Assembly: GCA_963737265.1 (NCBI GenBank)
Contig: CAVTRY010000021.1
Span: 1-64,000 of the forward strand
Source of the DNA: an uncultured delta proteobacterium
GTDB taxonomy: Bacteria > Myxococcota_A > Polyangia > Fen-1088
Length of the DNA stretch: 64,000 bases
Direction of reading: 5' to 3'
Shown here: positions 53,526 through 62,818 of the stretch, piece after piece
Layout of the letters: every line of letters begins with the position of its first letter
How positions within the stretch are numbered: the first letter of the stretch is position 1
Position numbers and translations under genes: made by a program
The notes under the pieces: model-generated
What the model saw: the letters and a program-made list of their open reading frames with translations, nothing else
What the model was told of the DNA's origin: nothing
The model's database searches: none

Positions 53526-54083
53526 CTAAAGAAAACTGGGCGCGCGAACCGGGTTACGCCATTTCAAGACTCGGAAAAACTCTTCCGCTCCCCAAGCCAG
53601 GCAATCGAGCGCCTCTTCGTTGATTTCGCCATCTTCGCGCAGAACCGAATGCTGCGCATGCACGTTGACGATCTCGGCGACGAACAAGTCGTGGCTGCCA
53701 AGCGGCAGCACGTGTCTCACCTGGCATTCGAGATTGATGGGGCATTCCAGAATGAGCGGTGCCGCGACCACCGCGGCGGGAACTTTACCGAGGCCGAGGG
53801 CGGAAAACTTATCGAGATCTTTCCCCGAGCGACTGCCGCACATGTCGACAACCGCGATTTGCTTCGAGGTAGGAATATTGACGACGAACTCCTTGGTCTC
53901 GCAGATGGTCGCATGGCTCAGGCGCGACTTGCGCAGCGACACGGTGACCATCGGCGGCGTCGTACAAGCCACGCCGGCCCAGCTGACGGTGATGATGTTG
54001 TCCTTACCGGCTGCATCGCGCGTACTGAGGAGCAGCACGGGCCGAGGAAAAACCCAGGTTTTCGCAGACATCTTCTTCTTCAT
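53526..54083 (-). CDS. Flavin reductase (flavoredoxin) family protein
   Basis: P.PV.L, N.ITVSW, EFVVNIP, CGS.SG...DKF, ECP.NLEC, GSHDLF. Confidence 0.9.
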   Translation of the reverse strand: MKKKMSAKTWVFPRPVLLLSTRDAAGKDNIITVSWAGVACTTPPMVTVSLRKSRLSHATICETKEFVVNIPTSKQIAVVDMCGSRSGKDLDKFSALGLGKVPAAVVAAPLILECPINLECQVRHVLPLGSHDLFVAEIVNVHAQHSVLREDGEINEEALDCLAWGAEEFFRVLKWRNPVRAPSFL

Positions 54084-54224
54084 GATTGGGCCCGCGGGCG
54101 CGGGGAGGTAAGCGTACCAGCCCGAACGGAGGGACACCATCACCCGACGGAGCGGCGAAGCGATTGGATCTCCGCGTCGAAGGTTCGGCGGGCAACCGGC
54201 TGCATCGAGGTGAACCGGCGCGTC

Positions 54225-55499
54225 CTATCTGCCAGCTCGCACTTGCAGTCGATACGCGATGCCTCCCGCGGCCAGCGTCGCGAGCCCTACGATGCTTTCG
54301 CCCGGACGTTGCACCATGGTAAACACCGTCGATCCCAACACGAAGGCGAGAAAGAGCCCTGGCACCCAGGGCCACCCCGGGACGGCAAGTTGCGGGCCTT
54401 CCTTGAGCCGTATCCGGCACAACCCCACAATGGTAGCCGCCGTGCAGATGCCGAGCGTGAACCCCACGTACGTCAGAATGCGCTCGAACGCCGCGGTCCA
54501 CAAAACGAGCAGCCCCAGCCCAAGTTGAGCAAGCAACGCCGCACGAGGTGGCCTGCCCGCCTGGGCGGCAAACAGACGCGGAAGCAACCCGTCGCCCGCC
54601 ATCCGTGCCGCCACCTGCGGGCCGGTCATGGTCAGCGCCGAAACGCACAGGGCAAGCGCGAGCGCCACCAGGCCCGAAACGGCCAAGGCCAGCCGCGGTC
54701 CACCCACGGCCGCGGCCGCGACGTGCGCCACGTCGATCCTTCCCGCCAGAACCGACGTCGGCGCCGCGAACACAAACAGGGCGTTGAGCCCAAGATAAAG
54801 AAACGTCACGATGGAGGTTCCGTAGACCAGCGACCTCGGCAGATTGCGTTGTGGATTTTTCACCTCGCCGCCGATGTAAACCGCGCCGTTCCAGCCGAAG
54901 TAGCTGTACGAAACGATCACCAGCGCCAGTCCCATTTTGCTGAAATGGCCGCCGACCGGCGTCATGTGAAAGCCATGCGGAAAAAGACGGCCGAGCCCAA
55001 ACGATGTGAACAAGATGATGAGAGCGACCTCGGCCACGACGACTGCCGCCTGAATGCGCGCACCCACCGACACGGAGGCGAAGTGAATCAGGGACACGCC
55101 GAGCAGGAGCACGGTCGCCGCGACATGGGGACCGATAGCGGCCGGCAGCCAGGGGCCCAGGTACTCTGCGAAGGCAAAGGCAAGCGCGCCCAGCGGCACC
55201 GCGAAACCCACAATCAGCGACAGCCAGCCCGCGATGTACGCCGCCGCCGGGTGCAAAGTCCGCGACAAAAAGACATATTCTCCCCCCGACTCGGGAATAC
55301 GCTGGGCCAAGGCGCCGTAGCAAAGCGCGCCCAGCAGTGCAACGATCCCGCCCAAAAGCCAAATCAAGAGTACCAGCCAGGGCGATCCGAGAAGGCCCAT
55401 GAGAATGCCGCTGGTGGTAAACACGCCTGTTCCCACCATGTTGGCCACGACCAGCGCGGTCGCCGCTCCCTGTCCAAGTCGTCGGTGTGGCTGGCTCAT
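54225..55499 (-). CDS. APC-family amino acid permease
   Basis: NMVGTGVF, P.SGGEY.FL, SY.GWN..YI.GEVKNP. Confidence 0.92.
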   Translation of the reverse strand: MSQPHRRLGQGAATALVVANMVGTGVFTTSGILMGLLGSPWLVLLIWLLGGIVALLGALCYGALAQRIPESGGEYVFLSRTLHPAAAYIAGWLSLIVGFAVPLGALAFAFAEYLGPWLPAAIGPHVAATVLLLGVSLIHFASVSVGARIQAAVVVAEVALIILFTSFGLGRLFPHGFHMTPVGGHFSKMGLALVIVSYSYFGWNGAVYIGGEVKNPQRNLPRSLVYGTSIVTFLYLGLNALFVFAAPTSVLAGRIDVAHVAAAAVGGPRLALAVSGLVALALALCVSALTMTGPQVAARMAGDGLLPRLFAAQAGRPPRAALLAQLGLGLLVLWTAAFERILTYVGFTLGICTAATIVGLCRIRLKEGPQLAVPGWPWVPGLFLAFVLGSTVFTMVQRPGESIVGLATLAAGGIAYRLQVRAGR

Positions 55500-55551
55500 A
55501 CGACACCAGTACAGCACAGCGCTGGCCTCGCCCGCAACCCAAGGCCTGAAG

Positions 55552-55761
55552 CCGCAATCCCGCGACAAGTGCAGCGACGCCGCGGAAGGCGGCAGAAAAA
55601 GGGCGCCTTTCCAGAATGGACGCGCCGCCCAGTTGGAGCGATGAAGGGTGGTCGTAAACGTCGTCGTCGCCGTGGGCGTGGCCCTGGCCGTGGCCGACGA
55701 AGATCACTCCGGCCGCAGCCACGGCCGACCACGACCTTCTGCGCCTATCGCGGGATTGCGG
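55552..55761 (+). mobile_element. MITE-like element, copy B (intact): 14-bp TIRs and 5-bp TSD TGAAG
   Basis: CCGCAATCCCGCGA (55552-65) and TCGCGGGATTGCGG (55748-61) form a perfect inverted repeat; TGAAG lies immediately on both sides. Confidence 0.85.
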
Positions 55762-55775
55762 TGAAGCCCTGGAAT

Positions 55776-56429
55776 CTACCGGCGGTCTCCGACCGAGTGC
55801 TGGGCCACAAAGCGCTGCCATCGCTCGCGCTCGCCGTCGGATTCGTGGATGAGCTCGATGCCGACGCCGAACGGACATTCGCCTTGCGTATCGAGCTCGG
55901 TGACTCGATTCGCCCTTCCGTGCAACACGCATGGATTCGCCGCCCCATCGCCGACCGGCACGGACAATCGCACGACGTCGCCCACTGCCAACAAAACCGA
56001 AGTTTGCAGCAGCATCTCGTCGTCGCTCATGGTCTGGGCGTACCCTCGCGATTCCCCCTGGCCCACCGACGACGAAACCGACGAGGCAACGACCTGTACC
56101 GAGACGCACAAATTGGCGGAAGCGCGCGCCGAAACGCGCCGCAGGTCGCTGGCAACGCCGGCCAATCGTTTGAAAGTAACTGTCACCGGCGGCCCTGAAG
56201 CGACGCGCACGATGTGGCCGATGGCTGTATGCAGACCGGCCTGGTCGCTGAAGCGAAGGGTCGCTCGGCCTTCGGATTCGAGCCCGCTCGGCGGGGCAAG
56301 CAGCTCGGGAAAGGTGAGCAGCAACTCGCTCGGCCGCAGACTGAGCACGAAGCCGTTGAGCTGCACGGGGGTGTGCAGGTCTTCTATCGAGACCTCGACC
56401 CACTGTCCGGTAACTAGTTGGCCCTGCAT
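55776..56429 (-). CDS. PilZ-domain (YcgR-like) protein
   Basis: N-terminal barrel, RxxxR (RVSAR), degenerate second motif TMSDDEM, GVGIE. Confidence 0.75.
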   Translation of the reverse strand: MQGQLVTGQWVEVSIEDLHTPVQLNGFVLSLRPSELLLTFPELLAPPSGLESEGRATLRFSDQAGLHTAIGHIVRVASGPPVTVTFKRLAGVASDLRRVSARASANLCVSVQVVASSVSSSVGQGESRGYAQTMSDDEMLLQTSVLLAVGDVVRLSVPVGDGAANPCVLHGRANRVTELDTQGECPFGVGIELIHESDGERERWQRFVAQHSVGDRR

Positions 56430-56554
56430 GTGTTTTTCCTGGCCCAGGCAGTCGCGTCCACAGCCCAGCCAGCTCCGCAAGCCGGAGCCGGATGTTTCGG
56501 TGATTCGCGCCCGTCTAGTCTATCGACCGCCAGGCGGCAAACTTGACCGGCGAT

Positions 56555-57361
56555 TCAGTTCGCGCCGGGACGCCGGACATCTTCGGCGAACATCTCAGAG
56601 ACGTCGAAGTAGAGCTCCATGGCCTCGCCGCTATCCGCCTTGCGCGCAAGAACGACGTCGAACCGTCGCCCACCGTGACTGGCGACCGACTGGGATTCCA
56701 CAACGCAACCGAGCGCCTTGAGCACGACAGGCTCTTCTTGCACCCGATACACCGTCCATGCCGAATCGAAGCCGCGGCCATCGCCCTTGCCCACGATGGA
56801 CTCGGTCAAGACCTTGGCGATTTCGCGGTGAAAGTCCGCCTCGGCGGCACGGCCCGTACGTCGCAACGACATCCCCCGCAGGGTGTGTGCCCGAATGGAA
56901 GTCTGGTCGTCGGCCAGGATCTGACCCGACAGATCGAGCACGGCAGTATCGTCGTTCTTGGCCGAGGCTTCGCCCAGCTTGGTGTCGAGCGTGCGCGCCG
57001 TTTTCGCCAGCATGCCGTTGCGAAGATACAGCCGTCCACGCCGCAAACGAGCCAAGTCGGTGCGCGCGATTTCACTGCGCGCGCCAGTCTTCAGCGCAAT
57101 GGCGCGCTCGCGATAGTAGATGACGTCGTCCTCGGCATCTTCGGGCCTGGGCGTGACAGCGTAGGGGTCGGGCGCGGGCGCCGGCTTGGCCTTGGCGACC
57201 GGTTTCGTCGCCGGTGGCGGCGGCGCGGCCAGCGGTTGCGCCGGCGGCCTTACCTGTGTGGAGCTCGATCCGCAAGCTCCCGTGACGGCCAAGGCCAACA
57301 CCAGCACCCAGGCGGGGCCCGGGCCTGGAATCGCGCCTTCCGGTTTCATCGCTTGTCGCAT
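56555..57361 (-). CDS. DUF4919-like lipoprotein
   Basis: Lipobox TGAC; SI...GDG....AW.V..V.EE..VL..LG; YFDVS. Confidence 0.7.
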   Translation of the reverse strand: MRQAMKPEGAIPGPGPAWVLVLALAVTGACGSSSTQVRPPAQPLAAPPPPATKPVAKAKPAPAPDPYAVTPRPEDAEDDVIYYRERAIALKTGARSEIARTDLARLRRGRLYLRNGMLAKTARTLDTKLGEASAKNDDTAVLDLSGQILADDQTSIRAHTLRGMSLRRTGRAAEADFHREIAKVLTESIVGKGDGRGFDSAWTVYRVQEEPVVLKALGCVVESQSVASHGGRRFDVVLARKADSGEAMELYFDVSEMFAEDVRRPGAN

Positions 57362-57488
57362 GGTCCAGCCACCGTAGTCCGGTTCAGCCACGGACGCCAG
57401 GCCATCGTGACAGCTCGCACTTGCTCTCTCCGTCAAGGCAGGGCAGTTTACCCGCTCCGCTCCACCCATCACGCAAGGATTTCAATTC

Positions 57489-58148
57489 GTGCACGCACTC
57501 ATGGATCTGTTCCACAGGGTTTACGACGTCCAGGCAATCATCACCTGGGGCGGAATGGCCGCGCTCATCGCGGTGGTGTTCGCCGAGACCGGACTGTTCG
57601 TCGGCTTCTTCCTCCCCGGCGATTCGCTGCTGGTCACCGCCGGAGTGTTCTGTACGTCGGCCAACCCCACCGGCAAACCGCTGCTCAATATCCTGTCGCT
57701 GATCGTCGCCGTCAGCATCGCCGCCGTAGTCGGCGATCAGGTGGGCTTTTACATTGGCCGAAAAGCCGGCCCCAAACTTTTCAAACGAGAGAGCTCGCTC
57801 CTTTTCAACAGGAAGCACCTCGTGCGCACCCACGAATTTTACGAACGGCACGGCGGCAAGACCATCATCATCGCGCGCTTCATGCCCATCATCCGTACCT
57901 TCGCCCCCGTGGTGGCGGGCGTGGGCGACATGAACTATCGCCGCTTTGTCAGCTACAACGTCTTCGGCGGTATCGGCTGGGTGGTGAGCATGACCGGCAT
58001 CGGCTACGGGCTGGCAACAGTCTGGCCGGATGTCACCAAGCACATCGAGAAGCTCATCATTCTGGTCATCTTCCTGTCCTTGCTCCCCGGCATCATCAGC
58101 TACCTGCGCGCCACCATGGCCAAACGGAATGAAAAGCCCGCAACCTGA
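57489..58148 (+). CDS. dedA: DedA-family membrane protein
   Basis: FAETGL..GFFLPGDSLL, FYE.HGGKTI..ARF.PI.RTFAP. Confidence 0.93.
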   Translation: MHALMDLFHRVYDVQAIITWGGMAALIAVVFAETGLFVGFFLPGDSLLVTAGVFCTSANPTGKPLLNILSLIVAVSIAAVVGDQVGFYIGRKAGPKLFKRESSLLFNRKHLVRTHEFYERHGGKTIIIARFMPIIRTFAPVVAGVGDMNYRRFVSYNVFGGIGWVVSMTGIGYGLATVWPDVTKHIEKLIILVIFLSLLPGIISYLRATMAKRNEKPAT

Positions 58149-58650
58149 TAAGAAACGCCCGGCTGCCGCCAAGGGCGGCAAGGCCGCGCCAAGCGAGGCG
58201 CCCGCCGCGAAGCCGCTCAAGGTCGCCTTTCCCAAAAAGAATCAGCCGCCGACCGCCGCCGCCTTCGCCGCGCGCATGCCGCTGGCGCTCGGCAAGCGCT
58301 TCGAGATGGCGCGAGCTTTCTTGCTCAAGCAAGAAGGCATCACCGAGGACGTCTACTTCTACGGCCCCAAAACCGGCTGGGCCCTGCGCTACCTCTGCGG
58401 CGGCCAGCCCCTGTGCGCCCTGCTTCTGCACGACGATTCGCCCGTCGGCATCATTTCCCTGCCCGCCGCTGCAGCCGCCGTCGTCGACTGGAAAAGCCTC
58501 TCGCGCGTGGGCCAGCTCGCGCGCAAACACGCCCACGGCAGCCCCGCCATGTTGTGGCTGGACGTGCCCCTGGGCGGCACCGGCGTCGCCGATTTCAAAA
58601 CCATCGTGCGCGGCAAGCTGGCGAGCGCGGCCAAACAGGCATCCCTGTAG
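58129..58650 (+). CDS. DUF3788-like hypothetical protein
   Basis: FYGPKTGWALRY...LC.L motif and WL.V C-terminal motif; start inferred. Confidence 0.55.
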   Translation: MKSPQPDKKRPAAAKGGKAAPSEAPAAKPLKVAFPKKNQPPTAAAFAARMPLALGKRFEMARAFLLKQEGITEDVYFYGPKTGWALRYLCGGQPLCALLLHDDSPVGIISLPAAAAAVVDWKSLSRVGQLARKHAHGSPAMLWLDVPLGGTGVADFKTIVRGKLASAAKQASL

Positions 58651-58732
58651 CGTCGGCTCGACGCCAACGCAGCGCAAGCCCTGGCCGAAGCCATGCAATC
58701 GCGAGGCATGCGGGCGCTTTGAAAGAGATGCT

Positions 58733-59629
58733 CTAGACATGACTTACCAGCGGGGCTACCCAAAGCGGGCCGGCCAGCAAGTCATCGGGGACGCGGCGCA
58801 GATCCCATATCAGGCCGACCCCTTCGAGGCAGCGAAGGACGTAATAGGTCAGGTCGAATTCCCACCAAAAGAAGCCCTGCCTGGCCGAGCTAGGAAAGTG
58901 GTGATGATTATTGTGCCAACCTTCACCGGTTGTGATGATGGCTAAAAGCCAACTATTGCGGGAATTGTCCATGGTGACGTAGCGCTGCCGGCCGACGAGG
59001 TGGGCGAACGAATTGATGGCAAACGAGCCGTGCCAGACCATCACCGATGAGACGCCGAATCCCCAAACCAGGCCGTGGATTCCGCCCAGCAGCAGGCAGC
59101 CAAGGCCAATCGCCACGAAAGGGATGACCTGAATGCCCTCGCGGTCGAGCCAGCGCAGCTCGGGAAACTTGTACAGATCGGGAACTAGCTTGGCATCGGT
59201 CGAGCCCCACCGCCTGCTGAATAGCCAGCCCACGTGGGCGAAGGCAAAGCCGCGCAGCTTTGCCGAGTGCGTGTCGGGCTCGGTATCCGAGTATTTGTGG
59301 TGCCAGCGGTGATGACCGGCCCACCACAACACGCCCTTCTCGCCCGCGCTTTGGGCACCCACGGCGAGCAGGAACTGGAACACGCGCGACGTACTGAAAG
59401 AACGATGGGCGAAATAGCGGTGGTACCCGGCCGTCACCATGACCATGCGGACGAAGTAGATACCGACTGCTAGGGCTAAGCCTCTCCAAGACCACCCGGT
59501 GAGCACGACTCCCACCAGCGTTGCCACGTGAATCGCCAGCAATGGAAGGGGGCCCGCTTTGAGCCTCTCTAACCAGGACTCGGGCCTGGCCGAAACGCCA
59601 CCAACAGAATGCCCAACTTCCTCTTCCAC
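58733..59629 (-). CDS. Acyl-CoA (delta-9-type) fatty acid desaturase
   Basis: His boxes HRYFAH, HRWHH and GEGWHNNHH. Confidence 0.92.
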   Translation of the reverse strand: MEEEVGHSVGGVSARPESWLERLKAGPLPLLAIHVATLVGVVLTGWSWRGLALAVGIYFVRMVMVTAGYHRYFAHRSFSTSRVFQFLLAVGAQSAGEKGVLWWAGHHRWHHKYSDTEPDTHSAKLRGFAFAHVGWLFSRRWGSTDAKLVPDLYKFPELRWLDREGIQVIPFVAIGLGCLLLGGIHGLVWGFGVSSVMVWHGSFAINSFAHLVGRQRYVTMDNSRNSWLLAIITTGEGWHNNHHHFPSSARQGFFWWEFDLTYYVLRCLEGVGLIWDLRRVPDDLLAGPLWVAPLVSHV

Positions 59630-59735
59630 CAGTTAAGCGTGGCGCGCATACCTCCAGGACCCTCCCACGGTTCGGTCATAATCCCGACACGACCCAAGCG
59701 CGCGAAATCGCATCCAGCGCCGGCCAGATCGAATG

Positions 59736-61052
59736 CTACGGCGGTAAGGTGATACGCCCTGGCGCACCGTTGGCACCGGTCTGGGTGTGACAGCTGTTGC
59801 AGTCGCCGGTGCTCGCGGTGGAAATCATCACCCGTTCGACGCCGGCTGCGTTCACGACCTTGGCGGTGTAAGGTGGCGACAAGCTCGTCGAGGAATAGAA
59901 ATTGCCGGCGGAATTGGGGGTCAAGGTGACGCTGGTGCCGTTACTGGCGGTGACGACCACCTTGACGCCGGTGTTTCCGTTGACGCCGTCGCAATTGTTC
60001 GGCTCATGCCCAGTCGGGTAGAGTGTGCCCGCAATGACGAATCTCGGCGCCTCGCCGCTGCGGCTGGCGTGGCAGGTGATGCAGGCCTGTCCTGGATCCA
60101 TGGATCCCGAGCCCTCGCCGCCACCATAGGTTACATTGCTGGTGCATGTTGGCGCCGCGTTGAGCGGATCCACCGGGGGCGCGCCGGCGTCGCCGCCGCA
60201 CGAGCCAGAGGGATAGCCGCCATTGATCCAATTCTGCAAGGTCAAGATCTCGGAGGAAGTTGCCGCCGACGCTGGGGCTGGCGGCATGGGCGAGGTCGTG
60301 CTTTGCATCCGCGCCAAAGCCACTTGGGCCTCGGTCATCGCAGTGTTTACTGGATCGGGGTTGGTCAGGTCGGCGTAGGTGACAAGCGATCGGGGAGCGC
60401 CGGCTGCCGGGGTTGTGCCGTGGCAAGTGTCGCAACGGTTGACAAGCAACGTCTTTACGTCGCAGGGCAAGCTGCCACTCGCGCCTCCGCCCGCCCCGCC
60501 TGACCCGACTTGGCTGGACCCTCCACTGCCACCGCCTGCCGCGCCTTGGCCTGCTCCGCCAGATCCGCCGCCGCTGGCGCCGCCGACGCCGCATGGGCCG
60601 GAGGGATAGCTGCTGGCAATCCAATTCTTCAGCGTCGTGATCTCGGTCGACGCGAGCGCCGATGCCGGAGCAGGTGGCATGGGCGAGGTCGTGCTCTGTA
60701 CGCGCTGCAAAGCAGCCTGAGCCTCGGTCATGGTGTTGTTCACAAGATCCGGTTTGGTCAGATCGGCAAAGGTCACAAGCGATCGGGGCGCACCGCCTGC
60801 CAAGACTGCGCCGTGGCAACTGTCGCAGTGATTGACCAGGATCGTCTGGAGGTCGCAGGGCAAGCCGACGCTCGCACCGCCGCCCTGGCCGCCTGGCTCG
60901 CCTGGATTCGAGCCACCGCCTGCCCCTCCGCCTGCCCCTGTGCCTCCTGCAGCACTCCCCACGCGGCTGGGAGTCGGACTGTAGGTGCAGCCTTGACTGG
61001 CGCTCATGAACAGCGGGATCACGACGGCAATGGCGGCTAGAGACGCTTTCAT
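59736..61052 (-). CDS. Four-CxxCH multiheme cytochrome c lipoprotein
   Basis: Lipobox SQGC; CDSCH, CDTCH, CITCH, CNSCH; Gly-rich linkers. Confidence 0.82.
   Translation of the reverse strand: MKASLAAIAVVIPLFMSASQGCTYSPTPSRVGSAAGGTGAGGGAGGGSNPGEPGGQGGGASVGLPCDLQTILVNHCDSCHGAVLAGGAPRSLVTFADLTKPDLVNNTMTEAQAALQRVQSTTSPMPPAPASALASTEITTLKNWIASSYPSGPCGVGGASGGGSGGAGQGAAGGGSGGSSQVGSGGAGGGASGSLPCDVKTLLVNRCDTCHGTTPAAGAPRSLVTYADLTNPDPVNTAMTEAQVALARMQSTTSPMPPAPASAATSSEILTLQNWINGGYPSGSCGGDAGAPPVDPLNAAPTCTSNVTYGGGEGSGSMDPGQACITCHASRSGEAPRFVIAGTLYPTGHEPNNCDGVNGNTGVKVVVTASNGTSVTLTPNSAGNFYSSTSLSPPYTAKVVNAAGVERVMISTASTGDCNSCHTQTGANGAPGRITLPP
60195..60863 (-). repeat. Internal duplication of a 92-aa monoheme domain (60588-60863 and 60195-60470)
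   Basis: LPCD..T.LVN.CD.CHG.....GAPRSLVT.ADLT.PD.VN..MTEAQ.AL.R.QSTTSPMPPAPASA....EI.TL.NWI...YPSG.CG occurs twice. Confidence 0.9.
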
Positions 61053-61194
61053 GTTTCTGACCTCCCGGAAAAACAAGCTCGCGCTAGTCCGATTTCACTC
61101 TGTACCCTCGGCCCGGCGAAAGCAGGCGGGGGCTGCGCCCCATGGCGCCGTATCAGTGGTAGGGTTAGGGAACCGTTAGCCCGCTCCAAGACAG

Positions 61195-62112
61195 ATGCAA
61201 ATCGCAAGCCTCTTCCTTCTAGTGCTCCTTCCGCCAGCAGATGCCACCGGCGATATGGCGGTCGCCATCGAGACGTCGCTGCGTTACGAACTGGGTGAGG
61301 TGTCCATTGCCCTTGCGCCGGACACGTTGGTAACGCCCGCCATGTGGCAGGGGGCACACGGGCAGATGCACGCGCGCTTCGTGGCCCACCTCGTCTGGGA
61401 GCAGAAAGATCGGGCGAGCATCGAGCTCATTTCTCCGGCCTCGACCCCGGCCGGGCAGGGGGTCAGAACCGATCGCAAGCTGCCTTTCGCACCACAGGAC
61501 AGCGCAGCTGAACGCGGCCGCGCTATCGGGCTCGTCGTGGCTGAATTGATGCGGGAGTCACCGCCAGCGACGTGGATGGGAGCTCATGTGAGTCTCGCTG
61601 CGCCGCTGGCAAACCGGCCGTCGCAGGTTGCGATCGGCGGTCTGTTTGCCCTGGAACGGATCCGAAGCGGCGCCTGGGCCATGGGCCCCGAGCTAACCTA
61701 TGGCTTTGGCTTGGGCGGCGGCTTCCGTTTGCAAGCCTCGGCCACGGCACTGTTCAGTTCAAGCGATCAGTACTCAGAGGTTGGTGGCGGGGTCGGAATG
61801 GCGTGGGAGTTTCTTCGCGCGGAGAGCGGCCGTCACGCACTCGGCATCGGGGTAGAAGGTGACGCATTTCGCGAATCCGCCGCCGTTGTCTCGGACAACA
61901 GCAGCAGCATATCTCAATGGAACGCGGCGTTGGCGGCCGGCCTGAGCGGCCGTTTGACGGTCTGGCGTTGGCTCCGCTTGACCGGCCAGTGCGGCATGCG
62001 CGCGGCCGCGAGTGGCATGGCCTTGACGGTCGGGGAAGACCTTAATAGGAGAACGTACACGTTTTCGCGCTGGCGGCCTGCAGTTGCGTTAGGGCTTGAG
62101 CTTGCCCTTTGA
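61195..62112 (+). CDS. Hypothetical protein with probable C-terminal outer-membrane beta-barrel
   Basis: Signal peptide; R...IGL..AEL helix; amphipathic strands; C-terminal LGLELAL. Confidence 0.65.
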   Translation: MQIASLFLLVLLPPADATGDMAVAIETSLRYELGEVSIALAPDTLVTPAMWQGAHGQMHARFVAHLVWEQKDRASIELISPASTPAGQGVRTDRKLPFAPQDSAAERGRAIGLVVAELMRESPPATWMGAHVSLAAPLANRPSQVAIGGLFALERIRSGAWAMGPELTYGFGLGGGFRLQASATALFSSSDQYSEVGGGVGMAWEFLRAESGRHALGIGVEGDAFRESAAVVSDNSSSISQWNAALAAGLSGRLTVWRWLRLTGQCGMRAAASGMALTVGEDLNRRTYTFSRWRPAVALGLELAL

Positions 62113-62155
62113 TTACCGCCTGGCTGGGCGTGGCCCAGGGTACGAGTAGTGTGTA

Positions 62156-62818
62156 ATGGAACGCATGCCGAAGTTGCGAATCGTAGGAAGTCTCAGGGAA
62201 GGGCCAATCCAGGATCCAATCCACGATGGCCCGCCCGAGGCTCTTGACGATGCGCGCCTGGTGGCAGCCGTGCGCAGCGGCAACGTCGGCATGGCAGGCG
62301 CCTTCTACGACCGTACCCGCCCCGTGGTGCAGAAGACTGTGCGTAGGCTGCTCGGCGCGTCCGATAGCGATTTCGACGATATGGTTCAGGTCGCCATGAT
62401 CGAGCTGCTCCGCTCGCTCTACCGCTTTCGCGGCGAGTGTTCGCTCGACACCTGGACATCGACGATTTCTGCCAATGTGGTGTACAAGCACATTCGGCGC
62501 CGTGGCCTCGAGCGCACGATCTTTTCGCACGAGATTGTGGTCGACGACGTGCCGCGATCGTCGCACCAGCGTCCCGTCCTGCGCGGGATGGTGGAACGAG
62601 TCTTTCACCACCTGCAGCAGATGGCGCACGAGCGAGCGTGGACCTTTGTGCTGCACGATGTGCGCGGCTATTCGCTCGACGAGGTTGCGGGCATCACTGG
62701 AACAACCCTGGCGGCGGCGCAGTCGCGCCTGGTGCGCGGACGGCGCGAGCTACATGAACGCATCGCAAACGATCCCGAGTTGGCAGGCGGGCTCGACACT
62801 CTGGAGGATCCATCATGA
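62156..62818 (+). CDS. ECF RNA polymerase sigma factor
   Basis: D..Q..........FRGE.SL.TW region 2; F.LHDV.GYS..EVA...G......SRL.R.R region 4. Confidence 0.92.
   Translation: MERMPKLRIVGSLREGPIQDPIHDGPPEALDDARLVAAVRSGNVGMAGAFYDRTRPVVQKTVRRLLGASDSDFDDMVQVAMIELLRSLYRFRGECSLDTWTSTISANVVYKHIRRRGLERTIFSHEIVVDDVPRSSHQRPVLRGMVERVFHHLQQMAHERAWTFVLHDVRGYSLDEVAGITGTTLAAAQSRLVRGRRELHERIANDPELAGGLDTLEDPS

Noticed and set aside
53649-56403. Very long ORFs 53649-56198 (+, 849 aa) and 54004-56403 (-, 799 aa)
   Set aside because: Arg/Gly/Ala-rich shadow frames over recognisable genes and the MITE; expected from stop-codon scarcity at high GC.
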